Shown here in pieces: positions 49,165 to 61,582 of a stretch of DNA of 64,000 nt. The stretch comes from Pelagomonas calceolata (lineage: Eukaryota), in assembly GCA_918797485.1 (NCBI GenBank), contig CAKKNE010000003.1, forward strand, positions 3,286,001 through 3,350,000, given 5' to 3'. A program made the translations under genes and the position numbers. The notes below the pieces were generated by a model that was given only the letters and a program-made list of their open reading frames with translations, had not been told where the DNA came from and ran no database searches. Positions within the stretch are counted from its first letter, which is position 1, and every line of letters begins with the position of its first letter.

Positions 49165-50980
49165 GTTAGGAAATAATTTTTCCGTAATTATGGTTCAATT
49201 TATACGTCTCAGGGGCGAATTTTGGGTTGGGGTTCGGGCTTTATTGCAGCGGCGCGCATGGTCGCACCGCGTCGCGGCTGCTTGCTCTGCGCAAGGCTGC
49301 CCGCATGGTACCAAATTGCGCACAGCCCATTATTTTAGCATACGGAACCTGCGAACTCAGCAAAAATTTCCCGCCATTCGGCCGGCGCGTTGCTGTTACG
49401 CACATTGCGCAAAATCAAAGTCGACTAATTGCGCTTACCCCCCTATAAAATTGGAAGTCTCCACGCAGCATTAGGATTCGCAGGGTAATTCATCTTAATT
49501 AGGACTCATGAAGGATGGGTCAGTTTCTTATTCGAAAAAAAATTACGGCAAGGGGGGGCCCTACTAATCAGCCAAGCTAAGCTACCCGCCGGGCTAGAAC
49601 GAGATCCTGTTTTTTTTTTGTTTTTTCAAATTGTGGGCACTAATGAGCATTGGCTGGCTGTCCCGCCCAAAGCTGCTGCCCCGCCACGCAACTAGAGTGA
49701 CAGACAGCCTTATTATTATGCTGGTCCGCGGCCTCTGTTGCGCACCAATATTGTTGACCACTTCCGAGTCATGAGAAATCACGGCTAGGTGGTTTATATA
49801 ATAAATAAATTTGTAAGCGGGCTATGGTTAAGGTGCACCATAGTAAACGCCAGCGTCGGAGCGTCGCTCACGCTGTTAGGGCTGTGGCGTAAGGACAGTT
49901 TACCGGCAGCCGCAAGAAATTACTTACGATATTTACACTGCGAGGATTCGTCAACCAATTTCCTAAAACTATTCGCAACGCGCCTGGAATAGCGTGCGTT
50001 CTACAGTTGCAGTAACTGTTCCTCAAAAGTTCGTACACATCAAAAATCTTAAAGCTTTTGCGTTTTTTTAGGCTTTCTTGCAACGAGGTGAGCTAGGAGC
50101 TGCCGCGGCAGTGGACAATAGGTGAACAATAGGTCAACAAAGGTTGCCCGTACGTCGCGGCCGCCATATTTGTTTTAGCCTGGAAATCGTGCCGTCGCTA
50201 TCTCGCTCATTGCTACATTACACGCATATTTTCCTCGTCCCTGGGCTCTGTCTAAGCTTGGTCTACTATGACCCCCGGCAGCGCCAAGTCGTGGGAGGTA
50301 TTTCCGTGATAGGCTTAGCTGTGGTGCCTCAAAAGTCGGCCCCGTGCGAAGCGAAACCCAAGATGCATTTTTCATAAAAGCCGCCGTGTTTGCGCATCCT
50401 AACGACGCAACGGGTACCAAAGGGGGCTTCGGGAGAGGGGGATCCACCCGCGAGTAGGCTATATACCCGAAGCCCATCTCGAGGCACCTCCGTGGCAGGC
50501 TAGTATCGCCGTGTGCTTAGGATGGATGCCCCGAAACCCCAACGGGAGAAGGGAAGGCGCCCCCTTCGGACTACCAATTGAAAATAAGACCAATTTGGGG
50601 TCCGGCCCCACCGTGAGAGCCAACTTAAAAATCCTTCAATTTGACCTTGAGACTTATATCTACAGGGAAGGAACGGTGCTAACTAGTACTAGTAGGAAAT
50701 ATTTTTTTCGTAATTAAGGGTCCATTTATTTGTTTTATACGCCGGAGTTTGCATGCAGGCGATTCCTGGTTTTGGCGGGTTTTATCATCCGGCCTTTGCT
50801 GCTTTGCATCGCACCGCGTCGCAGCTGATTAGCGCGAGGCTGCCCGCAAGGTACCGATTTTTTGCGCAGCCCAAATTTAGCATACGGAACCTGCGCCTCA
50901 GCAAAAGCCCCCTCCTCCATTTGGCCGGCTTTTGCTTGATCCGCGGCCCTATAAACTTCGAACTTGAAGTTCCAAGCAGT
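49165..50980 (+). repeat. Two diverged ~300-bp copies (49165-49470 and 50693-50980) of an interspersed repeat
   Basis: Shared TAGGAAATA.TTTTT.CGTAATTA, TCGCACCGCGTCGC.GCTG, TTTAGCATACGGAACCTGCG and CCCTATAAA. Confidence 0.8.
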
Positions 50981-51457
50981 TTTTTTTTTATCACCTCGGT
51001 AATCTGACAAGCATGCGAATGAGGTCTCTGCGAGCCACACACGGCTCTATGGCGGCGTTCTTTTGAGTGACAGAGAGATGTCTTATTTGATCAGGACAAA
51101 AAAAAAAAGCTCCTGTCTCCTGCTGGCCAGCAAGCCGCGGAACCATGTACTACGTGGTACGTAGACTGGACCGTCGAAGGGAACTAGGTTCCATGTTCCG
51201 GTTGGTCTCTGATTCCGTTCTGCTTCAAACCGGCCCGAGTTCAGGTTCGTTCCATTGCCATAGACTAAGCCAGCGGTCGCCTTGGCGAGTCACACGACCC
51301 AGCAACAGCCACGCGGTTGGCCCGGGAGCAGACGTTATATAGCCTGGGCCACCAGCCGGCTTGATTTAAATAAGCAATGCAATGATTAGGCTGTTGGAAA
51401 TTCTCTGCTGAATATCATGCGGCTATGTGCTCGCTCGGCACGACATGCAGGCAATTA

Positions 51458-51838
51458 AGCGAACTTAAGACTTGTTTGTCAGGCCCGATTGTAATCCGGC
51501 GCAAAAATTTGATACGCCCCCTGGATTAGAGGCTAAGATCGGAGGATCAAAGTCGGGCAGCGGCACGCGGACTGCATAGTGATCTGTTTCCAGGGTTGTT
51601 TTTGGTTCGTTCAACCGCTCGTGACGCGCGCTAGGAAGCAGTATCTTACTTGCGACAGCTCCCTGGGGCACAAGCTTCTTCCCGTGGGCCGAAGGTTCAC
51701 GTGGCCACGAAAGGGAATTGATTTGACCAACGCTATTTTGTCGTTTGCGCAAAAACCACTGATACATGTAATGAAAGAAAGTTAATACGTATCGCAAGAA
51801 TTTGCTCCTCTCGTCAGTATTACGGCCCTCGCGTCGCT
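51458..51838. mobile_element. Candidate 381-bp insertion with 10-bp TSD (MULE-like)
   Basis: CAGGCAATTA at 51448-51457 and 51839-51848; ends AGCGA...TCGCT. Confidence 0.55.
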
Positions 51839-52834
51839 CAGGCAATTAATTAATTACCTGCCTGATTTGAGTTTTCGAGTTTCGGGTTCTAATCAATTTT
51901 AGTCACTCGGACGCTGGGGCCAAGACAGGCGATTACGTGATTATAGCTATATTTCAGTGTCGCTCTGGCCCCAAGCCCAGATGGCTGCGATAGCGGGTCG
52001 GGCCGCAGGACGGCACCTTCGTCGCAGTCTACGCGCGCGGGCTGCCCGTGGCGACGCGTTTCGTGGTTTTATGGCGTGCTGAAATGCTCCTGGGGCGAAA
52101 TCTCACGCAGAAATCGCAGCACTAGTTCGCGATGAAGCCGCTGCCCGGCGGTCTCCGCAAGCAAGGTGGAAGTTGCTCTGGGATGCCTTGAGTGTGCCGC
52201 GGTGGTAGTGGCGGTCGGGCACGATGCGGCCAAGAAAAGCTGGCCTGAGCTCGGCCCTTGACGCGCCCATAACGAGCCTCGTGGGGCTCCGCGCGAAAAC
52301 TTTCGCTGAACCGAGGCTGCCCGAGAAGGTAACAAAGCCAGTTGAACGCGCAGGGGCAGTTATTTGCACCAATTCCGTCGCTGAGATCATGCTCGGCGTG
52401 CCGCCCCGCGGCGCGACGCAGCAGAAATCGCCAGACGGCATGCCCTAAAGAAGACATTGGGTCAGACACATGCGTGGGGTACTCTCGGACACTGCGGCCG
52501 CGTTCAAGCGCTCGAGAAGCTGGAGATAGTGTCGTATTATGTGTCTCGGTCGGGACCGTCTCGCAGTCGACTAAAAGCACCGAAACGACCAAACCCAACT
52601 TACGCGAGGGCAGTCGAGGGTACTATCAGTCCCTGTGAACGATAATTGACGCTGAGGAGCCCCGGAAGGCGATGTGAGGGGAGGCGCCGCGAACGGAGAA
52701 TGGGGGACGCATCTAAATTTTCCTAGGAGTCCGTGTCTCGGGCGCCCAGGGCTCCAAGCGGCCCCCCTCGCGCCGACAGCGTATTTTTCAAATGCTCGGT
52801 TTTAGCGTGATTTTAGCAGCGTCGCAGCGTGATC

Positions 52835-53355
52835 AGCTACTATGCTGGCGGTTTCCCCCTCGAAGTCCCCCTTGGTATCCGTGGCGTCTGTAGGAAGCGC
52901 AAACACGGCAACCTTTGGTGTATAGTTTCCCAAAAGGTCGCCTGACGCGGCACGAAACGCCACTGGCGCGACGTTCGCGTGGGGGCCCTTCCGGCCCCTC
53001 GCCTTTTTAGGGCTCCACACTCGGCCAGAATGTGGATCACCCCCCTGGGGTCCATTCGCAGTAAGTTTCGACGTTCGGGCTATTAAAGGGGCGGCGCTAC
53101 AGCCCCCGATTTAATCGGGGTCCGGCCCCGTACATACCCGGGCCAAGTTACATTACATAGTGTAGGTCTACCATGCCAGTCGCGGCGCGAAACGCGGCGC
53201 GACGTTCGCGTTTGGCCCAACTTTTGGCCCTTCCGGCCCCTCGCTTTTTTGGGGCCCCACACTCAGGCTCCGCCAGAAGAAGTTCCCCCCTTCGGGCTAT
53301 TGACGGGGAGGCGCCACGGCCCCCGTTTAATCGGCCGAGTGGGGGCCGGCCCCTT
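52835..53355 (+). mobile_element. MITE family D/E: one copy 52835-53130 plus a partial tandem copy 53180-53355
   Basis: Long similarity to 30926-31219. Confidence 0.8.
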
Positions 53356-53828
53356 GCTAGGCCGACAGGATTTTTTTACGGCACAGGTTATCACGTAGCC
53401 CATGATTAGAGCCCATGATGTGGACTCTTTTTTTGCTGGAAGCCGTCAAGAAACTGTGCAAGAGCACAAGCCTCGGTCGCCTGCGGCTGCCAAGGCGATG
53501 CCGTGGGCCGATGGAGCCAAGGTCGCTCGAAACGGCCAGCGCACGTCAAACTCGCGCACGCCACTGACGAGCTGCACGCCCCACTCGTCGACATTGATGA
53601 CACATGGCGTGTCTGAGCGCCACCGGGGACGTAGCCAAAAGCGCCCGCGAACCGCATCCGCTTAATATCGTGTCTTCGTGTATGTTGCCTCGTCGAACTT
53701 GCAGCCTTGGTTGAACGCCTTGATTGGCACTTTGTCGTGCTGTTACACTCAAAATCGATAGTTTCGGTTTTAACGCGATCTGATGTGCTACCGCACTAAA
53801 ATGGCAAAACCGATTCGCAATCACAATG

Positions 53829-55892
53829 CTAATAATTGCTTCGGAGGTCGATTAACAAGTGCGAGGACCTTAAACTACCAGGTCTTACAAATTGTGAATT
53901 TTGTGATTTTAAGTTAAGAATTTTGACTCTACTGTCACCTTCCAGCCTGGACTGGCGATTGTATTCACAAGAACGGTATAGTTCTGTTAGTTCAGTGAGA
54001 ATCTCGTGGGACGAACAGCGTCCCTTGTCACGCCAGCCAATGACAATTAGACCATTTTCATCTTGGGCATCTTCGTCGAGTTGCATATCAAATCTGCTTG
54101 AGGCCAGAATGGTTTTGTTGCTGTTTAGACCAACATTAAGCATGTGGCCACCACAGGCAGAGATACAGTTCTGCCTTAAATCTAGTAGAACTAAGACAGG
54201 TGAAATGGGAAGAAGCTTCGATGCAAGTAAGGATGCTGCAATGTCTCCAAGGCTGTTATTACACAAGACAAGGTGGGATAGTAAATCACCTGGTTTTGGC
54301 CAAGGTGGGATGCATAGAGGGTGGCCTTCAGACGCAATGTAGGCTCCGAGCTTCCTCAATATGTCTATAATCACATGATCCTTTAATCGCAGTGCCGAGA
54401 GATTTATCCTTAACAAATGTGTCCCACCAAGTTGAGTCGAGTGATAGCAAACAGCTTGAATATACCGAAATGTTGCCTCTTGACTGGGTGGCTTCACTTC
54501 GATATTTGACATGTTCTTGGTTTGATTTAATACTCGCAAGATTTCAGCAAGCTTCAATGCGATAAGTTTGTGTGTAAGGAAGTTTTTCCAATCGAGCTCT
54601 TCCACAGCGCATAGTAGGTTGTCGGACACACCATCCTCTCGGTTGGCTGTAAAATGCCGCCAGCTATTTTGTTGTTTGCATGTTTCCATTGAAGCATTTT
54701 TTCTGAAGCTCTGTAGGGAGCTACTTGTCTTAATCGTTTTGTCTTGCAGGTGCCGATGATCCGCCAATTGCTGCGCTACTAGACTAGTCTGTGCTGGTGA
54801 ACAACCCTCTAAGGACAGTTGCTGACGCCAAAGAATATCGGCAACGGCAATGGCATTCATCTGGTGCTGAAGAAACATGCAATACATAGCCAAACGATTT
54901 CTTTCTTTCGCTAGTTTGTGGTCAGTTTCACTATCTAAGGCGCTGTTGTGGCACTTGTGGTGCATTTTATGGCTCGAAATTTCTGGAATAGGCGATGCTG
55001 TGGTACTTGTGATTGCATTCGACTGCACGTCATCTAGTATATGTGCGGAGGGGGTCTCCTTCATATTCTGCACAGTGTTTATCTTGGTTGCCAGTGTGCA
55101 TTTCTTCATTGACTGATGCTCCTCGCAAACTTTGTCTTGATAACACCTATTGTTCTCCAAGGCTATCCGATCATGTTTTATTTGGCATACACCCTTGCGA
55201 AGTAGTTCGAATTTCAGCATGCTTAAACTCTGGTCCAGCAGGTGTGACTCTTGCCTTTTGTGTAGCAACTTCTGCCGGACACCCGTAGCTACGCACCTTG
55301 GAAGCCCCAACCGCCGGATTACAGCCGCATAGTTTGTGGAAGTTTCAACGACGATGGCTTTTTCCATTTCTGCTGCGGAAACTTCACATGCACGCAGTGC
55401 GAACCCTCTCGCTGTGTACTTGCTGCTACTGCGGCTAGCCAAAGCAAGAATACGTCCACATTTCTTTCTGTAGCCGCTAGTTTCTGCGACCGAGATCCTG
55501 TACTTGTTAGAGGTATTTCTTGCAATGTCTTGCCACTTCGCAACTTCATCATGGGCTTGACACATAATTGCAGAAGACTTTATTTGATCGTCCTGTCTTG
55601 CTCTATTAGCATTAAATACCTTGCTTTGTTGATTACTAGCTATGTACTGTGTTGCGTTTAGTGCTGTTAGCCAAAAGCGCGTTTGCAGCGTGACAGTTCC
55701 TTGCTGAATGAGAACACGTTTCATCGCTTGCTGTAAGTTTGCCTGGTTGCCAGTTTCAGTCTCGGTAGGTTCAAGTTGTAAACGAAGCAAAGATCTATGT
55801 GTGTTGTCAAAGTATTCCCTTAAGGCCTTTTGCCTGAATTTTGTCGAAGCTGGCAGCTTATCCACTTGGTTTTTACTTCGGCGAACCACCAT
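53829..55892 (-). CDS. Hypothetical coiled-coil protein with C-terminal RNI-like leucine-rich repeats
   Basis: 687-aa ORF with INLSALRLKD, LVLCNNSLGDIAASLLA and LDLRQNCISACGG. Confidence 0.65.
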   Translation of the reverse strand: MVVRRSKNQVDKLPASTKFRQKALREYFDNTHRSLLRLQLEPTETETGNQANLQQAMKRVLIQQGTVTLQTRFWLTALNATQYIASNQQSKVFNANRARQDDQIKSSAIMCQAHDEVAKWQDIARNTSNKYRISVAETSGYRKKCGRILALASRSSSKYTARGFALRACEVSAAEMEKAIVVETSTNYAAVIRRLGLPRCVATGVRQKLLHKRQESHLLDQSLSMLKFELLRKGVCQIKHDRIALENNRCYQDKVCEEHQSMKKCTLATKINTVQNMKETPSAHILDDVQSNAITSTTASPIPEISSHKMHHKCHNSALDSETDHKLAKERNRLAMYCMFLQHQMNAIAVADILWRQQLSLEGCSPAQTSLVAQQLADHRHLQDKTIKTSSSLQSFRKNASMETCKQQNSWRHFTANREDGVSDNLLCAVEELDWKNFLTHKLIALKLAEILRVLNQTKNMSNIEVKPPSQEATFRYIQAVCYHSTQLGGTHLLRINLSALRLKDHVIIDILRKLGAYIASEGHPLCIPPWPKPGDLLSHLVLCNNSLGDIAASLLASKLLPISPVLVLLDLRQNCISACGGHMLNVGLNSNKTILASSRFDMQLDEDAQDENGLIVIGWRDKGRCSSHEILTELTELYRSCEYNRQSRLEGDSRVKILNLKSQNSQFVRPGSLRSSHLLIDLRSNY

Positions 55893-56960
55893 GGAAGCCA
55901 GCGCGATCGTTGGCTGTTTTCGCGTCCCCGAATCTCCAACACCGTCTTACATTACATGCCAATATAGTCGAATAACCATCGAATATTTAATTCTCCGGGT
56001 CCGGCTACCTACGCACCGTTGGTACCTACGGCCCGGTTACCATGGTACCTACGGTACCGTGGGTACTACCTACGGTACGGTAAGGAGCTACACCTACAGA
56101 TCTTACCTCCGATACCTACCATAATGCCGTACGGCAGCGTGTTATGCAGCCGATGAGAATAATGGTACAGAGAATATCGTGACGAGTATATGCGTTAAGT
56201 TGTTTTCGTCTACGCGGGATATCCATCCACTCGTGCTAAAAATTAACGAGGCGCCAGAGGAGCTCTCCTTGAGGCCCTCAATGCCAAGAGAAAACCATCA
56301 GTTGGAACCAGGGCCGCTTGGGACCGCGGAGTTCTGCTCAAAAGATGCTGGGTCCTTGTTACAGCTCTTGGATCTTCGGCGCACCCGGGACTCGATAGCA
56401 CATTCGATGGGGGAGACACTGGCATACAATGTGCCGGCTCCTAATCGTGCCAGCTGTCCCCCAGCTCTGGCGGTCATTGAGGCAGAGGTCTCGCGCGTTG
56501 AGGCCAGCATTCAGGGAGGGCTTCGCAAGGTGTGGCTGGGACAGCAACAAGCATGCAAGACTTCCGGCCCATCACATGGGACTTACCCCTTGTGCGGGCC
56601 CGGCGGCGACGTCTGGGTGTCGGCCGCAATGACGTCGCGAGCGGCGTAATTGTGGGGGGCGGGGTGTGGGGGCGTATAGAGGGGCAGATCACAGGTCAAT
56701 ACAAGCGCTCGAGCACCGGTGCGCGCAGCAAGCGTGCGCAATAGAAGACCTCAGATGTGTGCAGGTGGCGCTTGGAGCCGAGGCAAACCGCGAGGCGGAG
56801 GCAAAACTTGCTCTTGCTCGCGAGCTGACAGCTGCGCACACAGTTTGTTGCTGTGTGGTACACTTAGGTCTTGTTATGAAAAACCTAAATGTAGGCAGCA
56901 CTCATACAAGCCAAGGCGCACACGCAAGAGACCCAGGATAAGTGGGACTCATACTCGCGC

Positions 56961-58466
56961 ATGGTCGCGGTCGAGACGGCGTGTGCTGTCGACCGCGCGG
57001 CGTGTGCTGGCATGTCCGGCATCGCGCGCATTCGCAGCGCACGGACGATTCGGCGCCTAGTAAGAGCACCGTTAGCACGCTCTTTGATGGCGTGGGCGCA
57101 GGTGGTGGCGGAAAAGCGTATGCGTGAGTCAATGACACATAAACCTCGCCTGGCCTGGTATGCTCGAAGCTCGCTACGTGTGCTCAAGCGCCTTGAGCGC
57201 CTTGACACATGGTTGGCTTTACGAGCCTGGGTTGTCACCACTGCCCACCTTCGTTCATTGGATGATATGTGCCTGCGCGCGATGACACGGGTTGTAGCCA
57301 ACGCTACCGATCGTACTTTGAGTCGTGGGTGGGCGACGTGGGTCACCCGGACGAGTCGAGCGCGGGTGACCACAGCGCTCCTGCACACCTGGGCGCGGCA
57401 GCATATGGCGATGGTGATGCGAATATGGGCGACGGCTGCGCGCGACGCAAGTAGACGCGCGTGCTTCGCAGCACGGAAAAGCCTGAACCATGCGTGGGTG
57501 GCTTGGGTGCGCGCGGCAGGAGGGACCCTTGGGTCATGTGATGTGCACAGAGGCGCATTACAATGTGTCTTGCGGTGTCTCAAGGCGACAGTGATGCGCC
57601 AGACAATTTTGTGCTGGCGAAAGGCTGCGCATTGCGTGCACTATGAGCTGCTCAGAGATGTTCGGGTGCGCGGCTGCGCCGACGTATCATCGCTCGGCAA
57701 GCCATTTGTTGATATCGATGGCCCATACCACGTGCAGGGACGGGCTGAGAGGCGCGCGCTCCGGCGTCGATACCGTGCGCTGGCTTGGCGCTTGGCGCTT
57801 CAAAGACGCGTGCGGCGCGCGCTTCAGGGCGCCTGGGGTGCCTGGTATAGTGCCACAGCGCAGAGACTGGCAGCTGGGCGGCGGCGGCGGCGGCTCGCTC
57901 GCACTTCCACGTGCCGCGCATTTGGCCGGCCAGCGGCTGCGTCGAGCATGTTGGGCAGGAGCGCAATTGACAGCTATGATGGCCCTCGCAGGTGGGCGGC
58001 GATGGCAGCAGCGAGTGATCGACGTGCAGCGGCTGTGGTACGCGCGCTAAGCATAGCCGCTCGGGGAGATCGCGTTGCGCTTGTCCGCGCGGTAGCTATT
58101 TGGCGCCATGCGTGGAGACCGGAGTCCAGCGCCATGATTACACTCAAAGCGGTGCCTGCCGGTCAACTTGCACGTAATGACCGCGCGATAGCCTTGCAGA
58201 GCGCACTCAATGCGTGGCGCATGGTTGCCAGCCGCACCACCCGCCTCCGTACATCAGATGGCATGCGCCTGCGCGCTGCCGGGGCAGCCTGGGGTCACTG
58301 GGTAGCGCACAGTGTATCATCGTGGGATATAATGCTAATATGTGGCTTCCACACGCAGGTACTCCAGGTTGCGGTTGGCCGAGAACTGAAGCAACTCGAA
58401 GACGCTGTGGCTCAGCTTGCGACTCGTGGACGCTGTGGGCGGCCTCGGCGAAGTCTTCTCCGCTAA
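56961..58466 (+). CDS. Sfi1-like Trp-spaced repeat protein (putative centrin binding); probable extra 5' exons from about 56150
   Basis: 501-aa Arg/Ala-rich ORF with recurrent L....W..W motifs (LSRGWATW, LNHAWVAW, ALQGAWGAW, ALQSALNAWR, AAWGHW). Confidence 0.5.
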   Translation: MVAVETACAVDRAACAGMSGIARIRSARTIRRLVRAPLARSLMAWAQVVAEKRMRESMTHKPRLAWYARSSLRVLKRLERLDTWLALRAWVVTTAHLRSLDDMCLRAMTRVVANATDRTLSRGWATWVTRTSRARVTTALLHTWARQHMAMVMRIWATAARDASRRACFAARKSLNHAWVAWVRAAGGTLGSCDVHRGALQCVLRCLKATVMRQTILCWRKAAHCVHYELLRDVRVRGCADVSSLGKPFVDIDGPYHVQGRAERRALRRRYRALAWRLALQRRVRRALQGAWGAWYSATAQRLAAGRRRRRLARTSTCRAFGRPAAASSMLGRSAIDSYDGPRRWAAMAAASDRRAAAVVRALSIAARGDRVALVRAVAIWRHAWRPESSAMITLKAVPAGQLARNDRAIALQSALNAWRMVASRTTRLRTSDGMRLRAAGAAWGHWVAHSVSSWDIMLICGFHTQVLQVAVGRELKQLEDAVAQLATRGRCGRPRRSLLR

Positions 58467-59159
58467 CGAAGAACAGCCAAGTCCACATCTCGCCACTTTG
58501 CGGTCTTCGCCTCTCGCCCCGGCGGCCCCGCAGCCCCCGGCTTCCCAAGAGCAAAATGGCTAGTTTCTGGTTGCTGCACACTCCCGGCTAAGTAGCCACC
58601 TATTTAGTGCCATTCCACCCCCTCAATGGCCCGGTGGCGATTGGGGGTTCAGATATCCAGTCTGTGAAAACGGAGATTAAAAGCCAAAATGACCACCAGA
58701 CCCTTGACAAACGGCGTATAGATTTCTTGCAATTGGATTATCGAATTTCACATTCATGTTACGTGAAGGCAAACACTGGCAAATTGTTTATCCTGGTAAA
58801 TCCCTCGAGAGTTATATCCGGCGGGTCGGTACCTTATTGCTATTTCAAGGCTCCGGTTGGGCATCCTGACCGAGCAGGGAGAAGGCTCTTAGGAGCTTGT
58901 TCCTTTTTTAGGTCCGGCGAGTCTTCCTAAATTAAATAATTATAATATTTATTTATGATTTATTTATGTATGTATTTATTTATTTATTTATTACGCTGCA
59001 CACGGGCGTCGTCCCGGAGGCGGGCGTACGCGTCGCCGGCGCGGGCGAAGTTTTCCGCGGCGGCGGCGCGGTAGCGCGCTTTGCGGTGTAGCGGTCGGTT
59101 TTACATCATTTTTATGATTAGAGGTCGTCCTATGAGCCTGAGCGCAGCAAATAGAACTA

Positions 59160-59356
59160 AATCGGCCTCTAAAATCTTAAAATGGTGTAAAATCAGCCAC
59201 AACTTATATCATCATCGTCTCGCAGTGAAAGTGACCCCTCCCTATCAGTACGGTCTCCGGGCGCGCAAAGGACCCCTCTGAGACTTCGTAACTCGCAACC
59301 AAAATCTCACAAGTGGCTGGGAACTCGAATACCAAACGAGGGACCGCCCGGGCCCC
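59160..59356 (-). mobile_element. MITE family D/E inverted copy (paralog of 25330-25481)
   Basis: TCG.CCTCTAAAATC.TAAAA(A)TGGTGTAAAA...AGTGACCCCT...CGGTCTC...AAGTGGCTGGGAACTCGAAT occurs in both. Confidence 0.75.
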
Positions 59357-59395
59357 ACAGCATGACAATTAGATCCAAGGAAGTAAAGTTAGGAC

Positions 59396-61582
59396 TCAGG
59401 AGTCAACTGGACCTGCCCAAAGAGCCTCACATTGTTCATCAAAAAGTGTGCTAGCTACATCATAGATTTGATTGTCATTAATGAGGAGATGCCGTAGTGA
59501 TTCTATTGACCTAGAGTCAAGGGAGCTTAGGATTTTACGGCCCTTCGCATCATGCATTGCAGCATTCATTACAGCTTCCCTTGCAGATAGGATGGCATCT
59601 GGCCGAGATTCAAGGACAGAATTCAAGAGTTTAATCGATTTTTGTTTTTCTGAGGCGAGGAGGATCAAGTACGTATCAGTTTCAAGTCTAGAAATGGCAT
59701 CTGCAACCTCGGCTTTGTTACCTGGACCAAATTGCTTGACTCTTGCAGCTCTTGGGTCATTGTGTCTTTCTAGCTCGTCGATCCTCAAAGGCAAAAGAGC
59801 ATCAAGCAGTGTGTTGCCTCCAAGAACAGTTGCCTTTGCATGATTACGTAGTCGCTCCTCTAGAATGCTAGGGTCTATGGCCTTGGGACTCTCGTTGTCC
59901 GCTGCAAGTTGAGTCAGGGGGTCCATGATCACAATGATTAAAGCACATGCTCTTGATTCAGTTGCACAGGCGTCTTTTGCCATAGAACCAACAATAACTT
60001 TGACATTTCGCCACCTGCCTCGCCGCCAGTCAGTGGCAGTATCAACGACAGCATTACTACTCAGTTCTTGAGGCGCAAAAGAAAAAACTGCAACTCTTTC
60101 CTGCGGCACCGAACTGTTATGGGCATCCTTAGTTTTGCGAGTATGCCTATCTTGCGTAGTTCTTCTATCCCCCCTTTTTGCAGATCGGGCAAGCTCGTCG
60201 AGGCCAAATCCAAGCAATCTGTGCATTAATATTAACGCATTGCGTTGGAAGATTGCCCTGTGCTCGGTGAACCTTGGAATCGCATGCGAGTGAAGTACAG
60301 TGCAGCCTCTGCCGCCTAAAATACCGTCAACAGCTTTGATGGAGGCGGCCGTTATTAGCGTAGTACCAACTGCATCTAATATGCTAGATTGTGTAATCAC
60401 CTTCCAATGTGATGCATCGTACCCACCACATCGCAAGGGAAGAGGAGCATTCAAATTCTTTATGTGCCCTCGGCAATTTAAAGTCCCTTGGAGAGCTATC
60501 CAAGGCGCTACCTCGAGAAACAATGCTGTTCGAAGCGCTGGCTGATCCATCGGATTCTGGATCAGTGAGAGTGCCAAAGACTCATGCCAGTAAACCTCAC
60601 TCCAGCGCCGCAACACACGCCTTGAGCCATCACATGAGGAGACGGCCATGACACCCGTGTTGGGTTCTGGGATATCTCCGCCTTTTAAAATTCCGAACAT
60701 GCGCCCAAGCATTGGCCGGTGATGTTCTGAAGGTGCAGTCACAAATGCAAACCAAGGACCCTCATCAGACACCATTTGAAATGCAGAGATCAGTATCGCG
60801 GGATCACAAACCAAAGTGTCCGCATCCAAAAAAATGGCGGCCGTACCAAAAGTTTCTAAAGCCAGTCGGAGTGCAACCATTTTGGCGCTGCGCAATTGGC
60901 GGACAGCCGCCCAAGCTGTCACTTTTGAGCTCCTTCGCTCCCTCTCTTTTTTTCTATTCAACTCGATGGTTGCACTCAAACTGTTGCCTTTGTTTCGTAT
61001 TCTGGGGTCAGCAATAGTGAATGCTTCGAATTCGGGAAGAGATGTAAAATTCATACCTAGCCCATCTACTGATGCGACAAAATCCCACCAATAAGCTTGG
61101 CCATAGAATAATGCCTGCGATGCGGACAAATGCAGTCCGAAATCAGATGTCACCAGGAGGGTGCCCACGCTGTTATCCATGATTCTCCGCACACTGGTTG
61201 CAGAAACGGATGCCTTTTGAATTGTTCCATGGCCGACTGCAGCGTACACAACACCATACTGCATTGATATGGGGTTATTTGACGAACTAGAAGTAAACAG
61301 CCGTTTGTGACCAGGGGATAAGTCCGTTGTGACTCTTTCCAGGAAATTAGCTGCTTTTCGAGCCAAATTAAGGCAATGAGATATCATGGGTGATTCAATC
61401 AGTTGCGGCGTCATTTTTTTAGAGTCCCCTCTTGAGTTCTCGCGGAGGTTTGCATTTCTCCCCAGATCCTCGCGCGTTTGCCATTTCGTCCATTGCACAT
61501 TCCCATGATTCCCTGATAGTACCCATGCGAAGATTCGAAAATTGAGGAGCAGGACAAGCGCCCTGACCAACTTTTCTGGCAT
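59396..61582 (-). CDS. Membrane-anchored nucleotide-diphospho-sugar (GT-A) transferase-like protein with an extra C-terminal domain
   Basis: N-terminal hydrophobic anchor; IFLDADT (DxD), EPNTGV, DQPALR.AL, LNCRG and VLHSH. Confidence 0.7.
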   Translation of the reverse strand: MPEKLVRALVLLLNFRIFAWVLSGNHGNVQWTKWQTREDLGRNANLRENSRGDSKKMTPQLIESPMISHCLNLARKAANFLERVTTDLSPGHKRLFTSSSSNNPISMQYGVVYAAVGHGTIQKASVSATSVRRIMDNSVGTLLVTSDFGLHLSASQALFYGQAYWWDFVASVDGLGMNFTSLPEFEAFTIADPRIRNKGNSLSATIELNRKKERERRSSKVTAWAAVRQLRSAKMVALRLALETFGTAAIFLDADTLVCDPAILISAFQMVSDEGPWFAFVTAPSEHHRPMLGRMFGILKGGDIPEPNTGVMAVSSCDGSRRVLRRWSEVYWHESLALSLIQNPMDQPALRTALFLEVAPWIALQGTLNCRGHIKNLNAPLPLRCGGYDASHWKVITQSSILDAVGTTLITAASIKAVDGILGGRGCTVLHSHAIPRFTEHRAIFQRNALILMHRLLGFGLDELARSAKRGDRRTTQDRHTRKTKDAHNSSVPQERVAVFSFAPQELSSNAVVDTATDWRRGRWRNVKVIVGSMAKDACATESRACALIIVIMDPLTQLAADNESPKAIDPSILEERLRNHAKATVLGGNTLLDALLPLRIDELERHNDPRAARVKQFGPGNKAEVADAISRLETDTYLILLASEKQKSIKLLNSVLESRPDAILSAREAVMNAAMHDAKGRKILSSLDSRSIESLRHLLINDNQIYDVASTLFDEQCEALWAGPVDS